Assembly: GCF_001194135.2 (NCBI RefSeq)
Contig: NC_068998.1
Location: forward strand, 51,038,348-51,102,347
Length of the DNA: 64,000 bases
Reading direction: 5' to 3'
Source: Octopus bimaculoides
Lineage: Eukaryota
Part shown: positions 1-13,152 of the stretch, in pieces
Numbering within the stretch: the stretch's first letter is position 1
Layout: each line of letters starts with the position of its first letter
Notes under the pieces: model-generated
The model's database searches: none
Told to the model about the DNA's origin: nothing
Seen by the model: the letters and a program-made list of their open reading frames with translations, nothing else
Program-made: the position numbers and the translations under genes

Positions 1-1615
1 TATATATATATATATATATATATATGTATACAGTGAGAATTTACAAAAAGCAAAAGACGAAGACGGGTGTGTAAACAACAAACAGATTTAACGCTCGGAA
101 AGTGAAAAAGTCTCTTACGTTTCGATCTTACGCTCTTCGACATAAAGGAACACAGAAGTAAGCAGGAAAAGAAAAAAATATATATATGCATGTGTGCATA
201 TGTATGTATTTAGAGGTTTACATACGTACATATAAACATACGTATGCACATTTATATATGACGATTGGAGACTCACAACGACTGTTATGTGTGAGTTCCT
301 TCCCGTGTATAGATGTATTTATATATGAATGCATATATACAAAAGAGAGGGAACAGACGGTGATGTCAAATCTAAAGAGGCTTAGATTAATTTATATACA
401 GAGATTAAATAGATATAGGAATACTTACCAAGAACCAGAAAACAAAAACAGAGGTAACATTTCATCCTGTATATTCGTGTTAAATCGATGCCCAGATGGC
501 CAGTCATATAACATAACGTATATGTATGCATCTATGTATTTATGTATGTATATATGTATGCATGCATGTATGCATGTATGTATGTATATATATGCATATG
601 TATTTATATCAATGTATGTATATATATATATGTCTATATATTTATTGATATACATATATATATACGTACATATATATAGATATATATTAAGATAAATTTA
701 CACATACATATATTTATATATATATATATATATNNNNNNNNNNNNNNNNNNNNNNNNNNNNNNNNNNNNNNNNNNNNNNNNNNNNNNNNNNNNNNNNNNN
801 NNNNNNNNNNNNNNNNNNNNNNNNNNNNNNNNNNNNNNNNNNNNNNNNNNNNNNNNNNNNNNNNNNNNNNNNNNNNNNNNNNNNNNNNNNNNNNNNNNNN
901 NNNNNNNNNNNNNNNNNNNNNNNNNNNNNNNNNNNNNNNNNNNNNNNNNNNNNNNNNNNNNNNNNNNNNNNNNNNNNNNNNNNNNNNNNNNNNNNNNNNN
1001 NNNNNNNNNNNNNNNNNNNNNNNNNNNNNNNNNNNNNNNNNNNNNNNNNNNNNNNNNNNNNNNNNNNNNNNNNNNNNNNNNNNNNNNNNNNNNNNNNNNN
1101 NNNNNNNNNNNNNNNNNNNNNNNNNNNNNNNNNNNNNNNNNNNNNNNNNNNNNNNNNNNNNNNNNNNNNNNNNNNNNNNNNNNNNNNNNNNNNNNNNATA
1201 TATATTCCATAGGTATGTATATAAACATATATACTGTACATACATACGTGCATACATACATACATACATATATTGACACAAATTTACAGGCATACGCCAA
1301 TAGATATCTATATGTACTAAGTGGGTGAATAAATATGATTATTTAAATATTAAAAATCATTTTCATGTGTACAGATGAATTCTGGCATATATGTAAATGA
1401 ATACACGTTTCTATTGTATACAACAGTCTGATACATATGTGTTCATCTCGGCTATTAAAACTGTTTCCAAAAAAAAAAAAATATATATAAAATATTTCTA
1501 ATTAAGTGTGGGACTAAAAGAAATTTTGACACCTTAAGTGGATTATTAAAATAGTTTTCATAGTCATCCAAATCGATATATATGTCAGATTAATATCATA
1601 CTTTGTGAAAGGAAA

Positions 1616-1643
1616 CAGCTGTTACGTCATTTTAAGTATATAA
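1616..1643 (+). promoter_or_regulatory. Gene 1 core promoter: E-box CAGCTG, CRE-like TTACGTCA, TATATAA
   Basis: Same ordered motif block upstream of the ATG in the paralogues; TATA is 70 nt before the ATG at 1707. Confidence 0.65.
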
Positions 1644-1706
1644 GACATAGTCACATGTATGCAAATATTTCCAGACAAGATATTTACCCAAATGCGGATG
1701 CCCACG

Positions 1707-2057
1707 ATGAGATATTTTCTATACTATTATATTCTTGTTGTTCGTAAGTAGCTAAAAGATAAAGCGTTGTTCACCGTCATTAACATTCCTGTTTAATCTA
1801 ACTAAATCCCATTATTTTTCTCCATGTGTAATTATGTCTGTCTGTCTCTGTCTGTCTGTCTCTGTCTGTCTACATCGTTGCAGTATCGGCACTGCAACAC
1901 AGGAGTAGCTGTGTAGTAAGTAGCTTGCTTACCAACCACATTGTTACGGGTTCAGTCTCACTGTGTGGCACCTTGGGCAAGTGTCTTCTACTATAGCACC
2001 GGGCCGACCAAAGCTTTGTCTGTGGATTTGGTCGACAGAAACTGAAAGAAGCCCGTC

Positions 2058-2097
<40 letters not shown>

Positions 2098-2735
2098 NNN
2101 NNNNNNNNNNNNNNNNNNNNNNNNNNNNNNNNNNNNNNNNNNNNNNNNNNNNNNNNNNNNNNNNNNNNNNNNNNNNNNNNNNNNNNNNNNNNNNNNNNNN
2201 NNNNNNNNNNNNNNNNNNNNNNNNNNNNNNNNNNNNNNNNNNNNNNNNNNNNNNNNNNNNNNNNNNNNNNNNNNNNNNNNNNNNNNNNNNNNNNNNNNNN
2301 NNNNNNNNNNNNNNNNNNNNNNNNNNNNNNNNNNNNNNNNNNNNNNNNNNNNNNNNNNNNNNNNNNNNNNNNNNNNNNNNNNNNNNNNNNNNNNNNNNNN
2401 NNNNNNNNNNNNNNNNNNNNNNNNNNNNNNNNNNNNNNNNNNNNNNNNNNNNNNNNNNNNNNNNNNNNNNNNNNNNNNNNNNNNNNNNNNNNNNNNNNNN
2501 NNNNNNNNNNNNNNNNNNNNNNNNNNNNNNNNNNNNNNNNNNNNNNNNNNNNNNNNNNNNNNNNNNNNNNNNNNNNNNNNNNNNNNNNNNNNNNNNNNNN
2601 NNNNNNNNNNNNNNNNNNNNNNNNNNNNNNNNNNNNNNNNNNNNNNNNNNNNNNNNNNNNNNNNNNNNNNNNNNNNNNNNNNNNNNNNNNNNNNNNNNNN
2701 NNNNNNNNNNNNNNNNNNNNNNNNNNNNNNNNNNN

Positions 2736-2773
<38 letters not shown>

Positions 2774-3756
2774 TACATGCATATGTGTGTGTGTGTGTTT
2801 TTTTTTGCAGTTTAATTAGATAAAACACATTATATAATTTGCCCTATTTTATATCTTCCACAGATGGAAACTGGATTATCAATGGTCAGTATGCTCTTTC
2901 TTACCATAAACTGGATCTTGTTTGTGCAATTTATTTTACTACATATTTTATGATAGTTAGGTTTGTAGTATATTTTAATAGCTAACGATCTGTGTTTTTA
3001 CTATATTCATTGTATTTTTATTCAAATATTCAGTTCTATATCGTATAGTTAAGTTATTATTTTATATCTAGATGCTTCTTATAATGTGTACTAAATAATC
3101 ATATTGACATTGACATACACACACATTTACACACACATATAAACACACACACACACACACACTCATACAACAAACACACGCATGTATGTGTACGTGTGCC
3201 TGTGCGTTTCTCATCGTTTTTCCAGAATCCCTTATACTAATGAATAGAGCGTATCACGAAAACTGAGTCGTCGACAAGAAGGGACTTTTCTCGTGTGCCG
3301 AATCAGAAAATATCTAAAATATTTTTATAATATGTTTGCATCTAATAAATATTCATTTTTCTTTGCTGTAAATCATAGATACGGAGAACCAGGTTCAAAA
3401 AATGCGGCATCGAGGTAGGTAATATTTTCTGATTACCATAACTTATATATACCATGCATTAAACTTTTTTATATTTTATTTCACACGTTATGTCATATAC
3501 ATACATCCAGCTATCTATTAATACATACATACATACATACATACATACATACATACATACATGCACACATACATATATACATATATGTGTGTGTATATAT
3601 ATATTATATATATATATATATATCTCCGTATTCTTTCTGTTGAAGAGCGTAGCTCGAAACGTCAAAGACTTTCCGTATTCCCGAGCGTCATACTAATATA
3701 TACTTTTGTTATTTACACCACCTGTCCTCGTCTGTTGTTATTATTTGTATATTCTC

Positions 3757-3804
<48 letters not shown>

Positions 3805-6800
3805 CCAGTGTAAAAACCGTTTGGCTCTCTTAAAATGTTCATGGACATTTCCCTTCATCATAGACAATTACATGTAATTTCCAATCGATAATGATAAAAT
3901 GATTTCTAACTAAATGTACGTTTTATTTAATGATGCATTTCATATCTTTGCAATGAGGCACAAATATTGATTAGTAGAAATTATCTGATTTGCAGACATG
4001 GAACGTCAGGCTATCGCTGCTAAATGCTCACCCAAACAGTTTTGTCCTGAAGTCATGAATTACATAAATAATAGTCTTGAAAAGGACTGTCAGTACGTAA
4101 CAATTTATTACCTATATTACTATTCTTGTTACATCAAATAATTATGCTTTATTTTAATCTTCCTAAAAATTGTTACCACCAACAGTGTATTACAAATAGG
4201 TATTTTAACTCAGTTAAAAATTGGTGTTCTCAAATTAAATTCATTCGAATATTTCAGTGATACATAAGTAAAAGGGTAAAGACCCTCTTCAGGCATGAAT
4301 GACCATAGGATTGCATCTAGAAAGTTACCCTCCGAGGCACAAGCCCGATCAAGGTTGTTTATGGAAGACTAGCCATCGTCCATGGATACCAGCCTCCCCT
4401 CTCCATGGCACCGATGTTGTCGAAGGGAAAGGCAAAGGGGCTGATACAGCTTGGCACCAGTGATATCGCAACTCATTTCTATAGCTGAGTGAACTGGTGC
4501 AACGTGAAGTAAAGTGTATTACTCAAGTAGAAAAACGAATAACAAAATCGCTCAAGATTTGATTGCAGGCAGAAAATATCGCTCAAATTAATATGGTCGA
4601 CGCTCTACACACAATGTTGTCCAGTAATAATGGAAGATTACTAAATACAAAGTTAATTTCCAACATAAACATAAATCATATCATTTAAAGAACATAAATA
4701 ATGCAAACTATTGTCATATTTGAAGAATACTTGCTTCGGTACAGGGCTCTGATCTTAAAGTTACAGATATAAGCCCTAAATCAGGTAGAGTGTTGCAAAT
4801 TTGAGAAAAGTAACTATTTTCCTCGTTGAAATGAGTTCAACTCTGTCGTCCTGGTGTTATCTTCTTTTCTTTAAATTCTCTCATCCTTGATTTTCCGTTG
4901 GGGAATCTTTGGGAAGACAGTAGTTGTCTGCTTTGTTTACATCCGATTGCTGTTATATAGGCCCCCAAAATAATTAATGAAACCTTGATGCATGCTTCCA
5001 TGCCCTATAAACTAGCACGGGTGTATTGTACTTGTTACCAACTTTATTAAGCCTTCTTTTCTAAGAAATTGTCAACGGAATTGCATTTGCCTTTCAGATT
5101 CTATTACGAATATGTATTATGTGCTGCAACGAGACGCAGGTTGTGTGTTGATATGTACCTTCAAGAATATATAGATTACGACTGTGCTCGTAAGCTATTT
5201 TTAAAATAACCTTCCTATCAGAATCCTCGTGTCAACTATATGAACTAAATTTCAAACGATAATTACTTTTGTAAATTTATGTTGTGGGTTTATGTTGTAA
5301 ATTTATGTTGTGTAAATTTATGTTGTGATATTTATTGATACTGGGAATGAAACGATTGAATGCCGCTGTTTGAATAATGTCGATTTGGCAAATATGATTA
5401 AAGATTTGGCCACTTTGGAGACAGTAAGTTTTGGCGAAAACGCATGCACACACACAGCCACACACGTGCGCAAAAATGTACTCATACACATAAAATGTGA
5501 GAGAAGAGAACGTAGACAGCGACTGAGTTTATTAACTGAACACGATTAACATAAACATTTTCCCATTCGACACATACCTAAAATAGAAATTTGTTTTACA
5601 TATAAACAGAGAGAGCGAATGAAAGTGAGAGAGAAGCGGAGAGAGGTAGAAATATATTCACACATATATTTATGGTTGTGAACGTATTTCTCCAGAGGGA
5701 AAGAACGAAACATTAATACGTCGCTGTGAAATTAGTCAGCGTCGAATCACTGACACTAAGTGGGTCATGCCAAAAAGGCTATTCCAAAACGGCTCCAGAC
5801 GTTTCATGCTTGTAAAATCTACAACTAGATATATAGCAAAATAAAGAAAAATATGTCAAGTGTTAATTTCTTATAGTTCTATTCGGACCCTGTTTGCAGA
5901 GACCAAAATTCACTTTATGGACGATTACATTTAAGTACCAATATAGTAATGGAATATTTTAATTCGGTTTAATTAACAGCGAAATTTAATAGGCGTTTAG
6001 TTTTATCACCGGTATCGATGAAGTTGGTGCAATGGAAGCTTATAAAATGACTCCGAAAATCTTCCAGAGTTAACTTCATCTATATCACGCAAGAATGTTA
6101 GATTGAAAAAATTTGCGAAGAATCATAAGTGAAGGCATAACTTTGGTTCAGGAGTTTTACACACGCACGCACACAAATACGTATGTTATATACATAAATA
6201 TATATGCATATATACATCCATATGCATATGTAGATCTATATGTATATACATACATATACAAATGCATGTATATATATATGTTGATGATTATATTTATATA
6301 TGTCTATTTGTACGTATGTATGTATGTATGTATGTATGTATGTATGTATGTATGTATGATTGACTTTGTGTTTGTCACAACACAGCTTGATAACCAGTGT
6401 TCGTATTTTACATCTTTGTAACTTGTAACCTCTACACAAAAGCACCATAAAAGATTTAACAGACTTTAAAAATGAATAAATACTGGGGCTGGTTTGTTCC
6501 ACTAAAAACCCAAAACATTGCTCACGCATTATTGAAGTTCAATGAATGCCACAAAAAGACAAAAGGGCTAAAACTTAATTTAAATGTTTTAAACACCATG
6601 TCTTTTATTCATTGTAGCTAAAGCGACGCCACCGATTCCACCTGAATGCTATGATTCGGCCTCTCTTTCGTCTCCAAAAATCATATTACCAATTCTTATT
6701 CTACCGATATTAGTGTGATGGAATTCAAAGTCAACGGAAGAGAATATATTTGACGTGAGAATATTTCAAATTTAACCAACTTATGTTTTCTCTGGCTAAA

Positions 6801-7736
6801 TCATCTTCAGAATATCTTTAACAGAATTTATATTCCTGTAGCATTATCTTTGCATTATTGATATTTTGTAACGACAGCGTAAATTAATGTTTATCCCCTT
6901 TAATTACAATGCAATATATTACGGTAATAAATGTTGGGATGACAGGTTAATAGTGCTTGTAATATCACATTCATATTAAGGCAGCGAGCTGGCAGGAGCG
7001 TCACCACGCCAGGCGAAATGCTTAGCGGTATTTCGTCTGCCGTTACGTTCTGAGTTCAAATTCCGCCGAGGTCGACTTTGCCTTTCATCCTTTCGGGGTC
7101 GATAAATTAAGTACCAGTTACACACTGGGGTCGATGTAATCGACTTAATCCCTTTGTCTGTCCTTGTTTGTCCCCTCTATGTTTAGCCCCTTGTGGGCAA
7201 TAAAGAAATAAGAAACGTAAGCACGCCGGGCGAAATACTTAACGTTATTTCGCCTGGCTTTACATTCTGAGTTCAAATTCCGCCGAGGTCTACTTTGCCT
7301 TCCATCCTTTCGGCTCGATAAATTAAGTATCAGTTGTGTACTGAGGTCGATCTAAACGACTGACCGAACACCAAAATTTCAGGCCTTGTGCCAAGTGTAG
7401 AAAAGAAGATCACATTCATGTTGTGATGAGTATTATTCTAGCATTATCAATATATTGTGATGTATTTATTCCCTGAGTTACAACGTTATATATCCTGATA
7501 ATAACTGTTATGATGACTCGTTAATAGCAATCGTCATATAACATTTATCTTATGACAATGGTACTGGTTGCCAATACCATTACGAACTGTTCACCAATTA
7601 TGAATTTGAACTTATCTATAAGGAATTCACTTTGGCTAATTCTCTTCCAAATTCACTTCATTAAAGATATATGAATAAAGATTTTTTTCTTTTGCTGTCA
7701 TTGCAGTTCATATTCTACACAGTATTCAGTTCTTGA
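1707..7736 (+). CDS. Cluster gene 1: secreted, probably GPI-anchored six-Cys protein (115 aa, or 123 aa with terminal exon)
   Basis: Exons with canonical AG/GT and consistent phases: 1707-1743, 2864-2884, 3996-4092, 5098-5189, 6618-6712 (then GTG-TGA to 6718, or splice to 7707-7736). Protein [114 protein letters not shown](V* or FIFYTVFSS*). Exon sizes and phases match five paralogues. An extra exon inside the N-gap 2098-2735 cannot be excluded. Confidence 0.85.
1901..2058 (+). mobile_element. tRNA-derived SINE 5' part (family A); further copies 37421-37580, 45857-46045 (3' half), 48786-49146 (near full length), about 53430-53490 (minus)
   Basis: Shared GGTAAGTAGCTTGCTTACCAACCAC...GGTTCAGTC...GGCACCTTG...GTGTCTTCTACTATAG...GAAACTGAAAGAAGCCCGTCG head with a B-box-like motif, ending in (TA)n/(TG)n. 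Confidence 0.8.
4272..4508 (-). mobile_element. SINE-like repeat in gene 1 intron 3
   Basis: Absent from the aligned intron of genes 2-4. Contains the AGCTGAGTGAACTGGTGCAACGTGAAGTAAAGTG core also seen at about 34445-34500. Confidence 0.6.
6975..7408 (+). mobile_element. Dimeric SINE (family B) inserted in the last intron/3' region of gene 1, with an 11-bp TSD
   Basis: TSD ATCACATTCAT at 6964-6974 and 7409-7419; paralogues show a single TATCACATTCATG empty site. Core TTCTGAGTTCAAATTCCGCCGAGGTC...GATAAATTAAGTA occurs twice. Minus-strand copies at about 8862-9015, 21703-21870, 49385-49560, 50030-50150. Confidence 0.85.
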
Positions 7737-8049
7737 ACTGTGTTTTGACTACGGCGAACATTTTAATAAATATACTTTAATAAATATATGTGCGTTGTTT
7801 TTAGTTTTGCTTGATTGTGTAATAAGACACTGAACAAAATAAGATATTACTTAGATAATTACATGAACAACAGAGAGTGGAAAGCAGATCATACATAAAA
7901 AATTGTTACAAAGTGTGGTGGCGTTAAAGACCAAATTGATAATATATGATGCTAAATGCGAAGATCTTGACTAGAATAGATTATTTTAATCGAACAAAAT
8001 ACGTCGTTTGGGGGAAATAAAACGAGAACAACATCAGGAATTAATTCCT

Positions 8050-8400
8050 ATTGTGGGAGAAATTAAAGCAGTTGCTGGTTAGAATTTTGGAAGAGGCAAG
8101 CGAGACGTAACAAAAGTGTCGAGTGGCTAATACAGGTGGAAAGACAACTTGCAAATGCGTCAACACGAACGGAGGTCAGAGTTTATCTGCACTCAGTGAG
8201 ACTGAAGGTGGGAAGATACCAAACTGGAAAGAATCAGGATCTAATAGGATGCAAGGTTATTTACTAAAGAATCTTACCCAGTTGCATGAAAGGATCGTAG
8301 CGCACTTTGATGAATAACTGCAGCATGGAAACGTTCCAACTTGGATGACAATTAGACGAAAGTTGTTGCCTCTTAAGGATACATTCAATGATAAATTGCA
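8050..8400 (+). mobile_element. Degenerate R4/Dong-like non-LTR retrotransposon RT fragment
   Basis: Translates KIPNWKESGSNRMQGYLLKNLTQLHERIVAHFDE*LQHGNVPTWMT, resembling the KxPNWKAPGPDGxQGYWLK...LHxRI...VPxWMT motif of this clade; contains stops. Confidence 0.65.
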
Positions 8401-8745
8401 GCCACTTAAGTGGACGCTCATGGCGGTGTCTTTTCGGAAAAGTTATATTATCATCTGGAATGAAGCAATTTACTTCCAGTAGAACAGAAGGGGTACAGGA
8501 AGCAAAGTAAGATAACTAACGTTATATATCATATCTCAGTAATAATTGGCAATGGTGACATGTTAAATCAGTTGTTATATCACATTTACCTTGTTGCTAT
8601 TCATCAGTTGCCAATACCATTGTCAAATGCAGACTGTCAATATGGACTTGTCTATAGCGCTTTCACCTTGACTATATGTCATCAAAATTGATTCCACGAA
8701 AGCTAGCTGTATGAATAACGTGTTTTTCTTCTGTTCTCGTTGCAG

Positions 8746-8775
8746 TTCATATATTACTCAACAAGCAATTCTTAA
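8746..8775 (+). other. Orphan second copy of the short terminal exon (FIYYSTSNS*) downstream of gene 1
   Basis: Pyrimidine tract plus TTGCAG acceptor, then TTC ATA TAT TAC TCA ACA AGC AAT TCT TAA. Flanks (about 8520-9065) align with the gene 2 terminal-exon region (about 20920-21260). Confidence 0.6.
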
Positions 8776-9532
8776 ACTACGGCGAATACAAAGAGGAAAA
8801 CTTGTATCAATAGACAAAATATTATCATGAATTATTATTAATAGCAATAATTCCTTCTACTAAAGGCATTAATGCCTGAAATTTGTACTTAATTTATCGA
8901 CCTCGAAATGCAAAGTCCACCACGGTTGAACCTGAACTCAGAACGTAGTGACGGGCGAAGTTCCACCAAGCATTTTCCTCCAGCGTACTCACGATTCTGC
9001 CAGGCTGCTGGCTTTTTATTAACAAGAATAACAATTCTTATAACATTGAAGAATAACAAACATTTTTCTTTCGTATTTTATTTGGGCCGTTATTCACGTT
9101 TTTCTCTTCTGTTTTCTACGCTTTAACTTCTCGAATATTTACATCAAGCGCATGACTTATGTTCTTCAGTTTGTGACAAAGACGCTATATATTTCTTCGT
9201 TTTCAACATTTGTGTAGATTTCTATTGCCGAGAAAATGATAGGTATTTATTTTAAAATATTGATTTTTTAAAAAGTATTTTTCAAGTATCAATGATGGAA
9301 ATATATGCACAAGATTTATCTAAACAAATCCTTTTATTAGCATAATAGTATATAATTATATTACTACATTACTATATGGATTCTTTTTACCACATTAACT
9401 GATTTCCTTGTAAGTAAAATAGTTGATTCATTAACCACGCCGTTTCCATAGTGAGTTTCTAAGTTTTCGGTTTATTTTTTTGTATCTTTTGACATTTTCA
9501 TGTTTATTTCTTTGAGACTTAACGCACGCACG

Positions 9533-9633
<101 letters not shown>

Positions 9634-10134
9634 GCACGCACACATACAGATAAGCACCCCACCACGAAAACTCTGCATGTATCCGTTTGTTTGGGCGTGT
9701 GTGTATATTTATATGTCGTGGCACTCCATCGGTTAAGACGACGAGGGTTCCAGTTGATCCGATCAACGGAACAGCCTGCTCGTGCAATTAACGTGCAAGT
9801 GGCTGGGACGGTGAAAAGTTTAACAGGTCAGCAAATATGGAACTAAATTTAGCTGTTGTTCGTTATAGCTGTTATTAATTAGGATTTCACCAGTTTGTTT
9901 TGGCAATGTGAAGGTTGTATTCCATACTTCAGTGCAAGCTTTGTAATTAGGTAAATTTATTTCGATGTATCAGCTCTCGGTCATGCATCTTTTAAGGGTT
10001 CACTGAAGCATGTGTGACCTTGGAATCTAGTGTCTTTTTGTTTTTGTTTTGGGGCGGGGGTATAAGTACAGAAATATGTTTATGTTGTGATTGAAGATGA
10101 GGAAAAGGATGAAAGTAGGTAGAAATGATACTTG

Positions 10135-10208
<74 letters not shown>

Positions 10209-10369
10209 CCAAATATATGGTACCCTAGGCATAACACCTACATGGACTTCTAACTTGTTGTCTCTTGAGGTCTCTGGGTGAGACTTGGATCCAACTTGCA
10301 CAAATGCAAAGCAAAGGCCAAACATAAAATAATAATAATAACCACCACAAGAATCACTCCAACTGAAGT

Positions 10370-10760
10370 TTTCTGCTGCTCAAACTGACAGAAAGATAAA
10401 TGCAAAGAGGCCAGATATTGTTATGATGAATTTCAGACGAAACTCATGCTTCCTTATATGACTGTCCCGACTGATATAAATTCGTCACTCAGTACCCATC
10501 GAAAGTTGAACAAGTACAAAGATCTTGATACAGGTATTAGAAAAAATGTAAAATCCAAGAACAATACCCCTGGCTGAAGATATTGTTGAATGCTTGCAAC
10601 CTAGGAAAGACTGGTTGTAGGTGCCTTAAAAATAGTAGCAAAGGAGCCTGATGATTGCTGAACTCAGATACCTGGGAATCCAAAATACTGATGCATCTCA
10701 AAAATATTCATTTCTACAGACACAAAACAAAATCCAAACCCTGAGACATCTGACAACAGG
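10370..10760 (+). mobile_element. R4/Dong-like retrotransposon 3' end (restriction-like endonuclease relic)
   Basis: TDRKINAKRPDIV...VPTDIN...KLNKYKDL, a RPD..D..K.KY REL-type motif; frameshifted. Confidence 0.65.
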
Positions 10761-11395
10761 TTGCTGTCCGCTCTGAGAGAATCACCCAGAGCAAGTAAGA
10801 ACGAGTGCTCTGAAAAGTAGAATATTAATGATGATGATGATGATGATTGTATGTGAAATTGTGTGAAAAGCAGACGTTAGAGAGCGGTAAGACATGGTAC
10901 GGCAATAAATCAAGTGGAGCGAATGAGTCGTGAATTTGCAAAATCCTGTAGGATTTCTCAATTCAAACAGAAGTTTTGCTTCAGCGCAAGAGATCGCACA
11001 TTGTGATGGTGGACAAAGTATCAATTATAAGCCTTCTGGTCTTTGAAAGAGCATATTATGCTAACAAGAATATTTCAATTCTATTACTATATTATGAAAC
11101 AGCATAGCGTAATTTAACAGAGATAAATATTTACTTCCTCGATAAATATTTACTCACGAGGAATTACGTCTCGAAAATAGCACATTAACTAAACACACGC
11201 CTCATCCATCCATAGACATATATGCATTTCTTTTCAGAACTAGAAAAAAATTCCGCACCCACAGCTTCATAGCAAAGTACACACCTTGTTTCAAATAAAT
11301 GCATTGAAATTATGGAATTGAAATACTTCTCAATACATAAACAGTGGATACATTTTCTCAAGTAAATGCAAAACTAATATATCGACAAGAGGGTG

Positions 11396-11560
11396 CTGAG
11401 AAGTTCATGGCTTTAAGGGTGTCGCGAAAGGCCTGGCTAGAGGTTCTTTTACAGGACTTAGAAAAACTGAAGGACCGCTGCAATGAGTGTCTGAATATGA
11501 GAGCAGAATACGTTGAATAAAATCATAAATAACTAACCTTCCTCTATTTTCTTTTACCCC
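11396..11560 (+). mobile_element. Mariner-derived short non-autonomous element
   Basis: GAGGGTGCTGAGAAGTT terminus; GLEKLKDRCNECLNMRAEYVE* resembles the mariner transposase C-terminus. Confidence 0.55.
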
Positions 11561-12077
11561 ATGTCAAGAGCTTTAGGGATAATAGCTGTTACGTGGTAAC
11601 ACGTACCAAACATTTCTTTTCCTAGAGAAATGAGCCGTTTACGCGTGTTTCGATGTCACATTCGTTGAAAGCATGTGGAATAAGCTGGGAAAGAAAAAAA
11701 AAACACCCACAAAGCAAAACTCTTGGTGGGAAGCTCGGAGTTTCCCGGGAAACTCCGAGGTTCCTACCGCCCAAAATGCAGAAGATATTGATCATAATCG
11801 AAATGTTATAATTTCTTCCCTTTCAGCGTTATATTGTTTTCAGAGTATTTTCCCATGATGCACCGTTTTGGGCATTAACGAATACCTACAAAAACTCTAT
11901 ATCTGAGGAATGCTTGGTCCGATTTATGCAAGACTTATTTTACTCCGTTTATATTCACATTTCAGGGTCACCTCAATTCATAATATTTTGCCACTATGCG
12001 CCAGTTTGGCTGTATTATAAGCAAGCAAGCAATCAATCAGTTTTAATAGTACATAAATACAAATTAACATGAATTAG

Positions 12078-12116
<39 letters not shown>

Positions 12117-12233
12117 ATATATATATAAAGAACTTTTCTTCACCAGTTACCTTCCGGTCAATTCAAAATGGAACCACGTGTGTATCGTTGGCGATTTTCT
12201 TCCTCCGTCTTCCTTTCATTTGGACTTACCCCT

Positions 12234-12268
12234 ATTTCTGAAGAAGAGCTTTACTCGAAACGTTAAAT
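12234..12268 (+). ncRNA. Minimal type I hammerhead-ribozyme motif within a Penelope-like repeat end
   Basis: ATTT-CTGAAGA-A-GAG(CTTTA)CTC-GAAAC-GTT-AAAT: stem I 4 bp, intact core, stem II 3 bp, loopless palindromic stem III. Confidence 0.45.
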
Positions 12269-12630
12269 CCTCTTTCTTTACTTTCCCGAGCGTCTGATAA
12301 TAAAGTACCTGTACCATATCCTCACGATGTTGTTTTTCTTGTTCTTCTTTGTTTGGATTCACTATATATACATATATCCTGAGTCATGTTAATTTCGATT
12401 TATGATCGCACTGGCGTGAAACTTGAAGTCCAAAAGCCTCTCACCTTCAGATTGAACATACACACACAAACACGCACATATATTTGTTGACATATGCACA
12501 TGATTTTTCCGATGTGTGTGCGTTTATAAAGGGGGCTAAATATGAATTATGATAATCACTAAATATGTCAGATAAAATGCCATACTCTATTCTATGCAGC
12601 GAATACATATATTCTTTCAGTGAGGACAAA

Positions 12631-12658
12631 CAGCTTTCACATCATTTCAAGTATATGA
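12631..12658 (+). promoter_or_regulatory. Gene 2 core promoter (degenerate: CAGCTT-TCACATCA-TATATGA)
   Basis: Positional homologue of the gene 1/3/4 cassette. Confidence 0.5.
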
Positions 12659-12688
12659 GATATATTCACTTCAATACGAATATTCAGA

Positions 12689-12958
12689 ATGGAATATTTC
12701 CAATGCTGGTATCTAGTCATTGTTCGTAAGTAGCTACAAAACATTTTTCTTTGTCTTAAGTATTTGTATCAAATCTGTTAATCTGTGTATAAAGTTCGAT
12801 GTATCTATCTAAACTCTACTACTACCTTCCCTTTATTAATTTAAATCATGTGTCTATGCCGTATCGAAACATATGTAGTACTTATTAAATAGCTGTCTAA
12901 ACGTACTCCTTCCTGTTGACACTTTTTATTCAATTTATATATATATATATATATATAG

Positions 12959-12990
<32 letters not shown>

Positions 12991-13112
12991 NNNNNNNNNN
13001 NNNNNNNNNNNNNNNNNNNNNNNNNNNNNNNNNNNNNNNNNNNNNNNNNNNNNNNNNNNNNNNNNNNNNNNNNNNNNNNNNNNNNNNNNNNNNNNNNNNN
13101 NNNNNNNNNNNN

Positions 13113-13152
<40 letters not shown>

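Noticed and set aside
1375-1392. CAG|ATGAATTCTGGCATATAT|GTAAAT possible exon upstream of gene 1
   Set aside because: No counterpart in paralogues, and it lies upstream of the conserved TATA cassette.
2864-2888. Alternative reading of micro-exons ending in W-L/W-S using downstream GT
   Set aside because: It gives a stop in gene 4 and incompatible phases. The phase 1-1 reading with G|GTYAGT or G|GTGAGT donors works in all four genes.
6975-7408. Repeat pairs as a CRISPR array or true tRNA genes
   Set aside because: Eukaryotic SINE copies with a TSD; no spacer periodicity and no complete cloverleaf.
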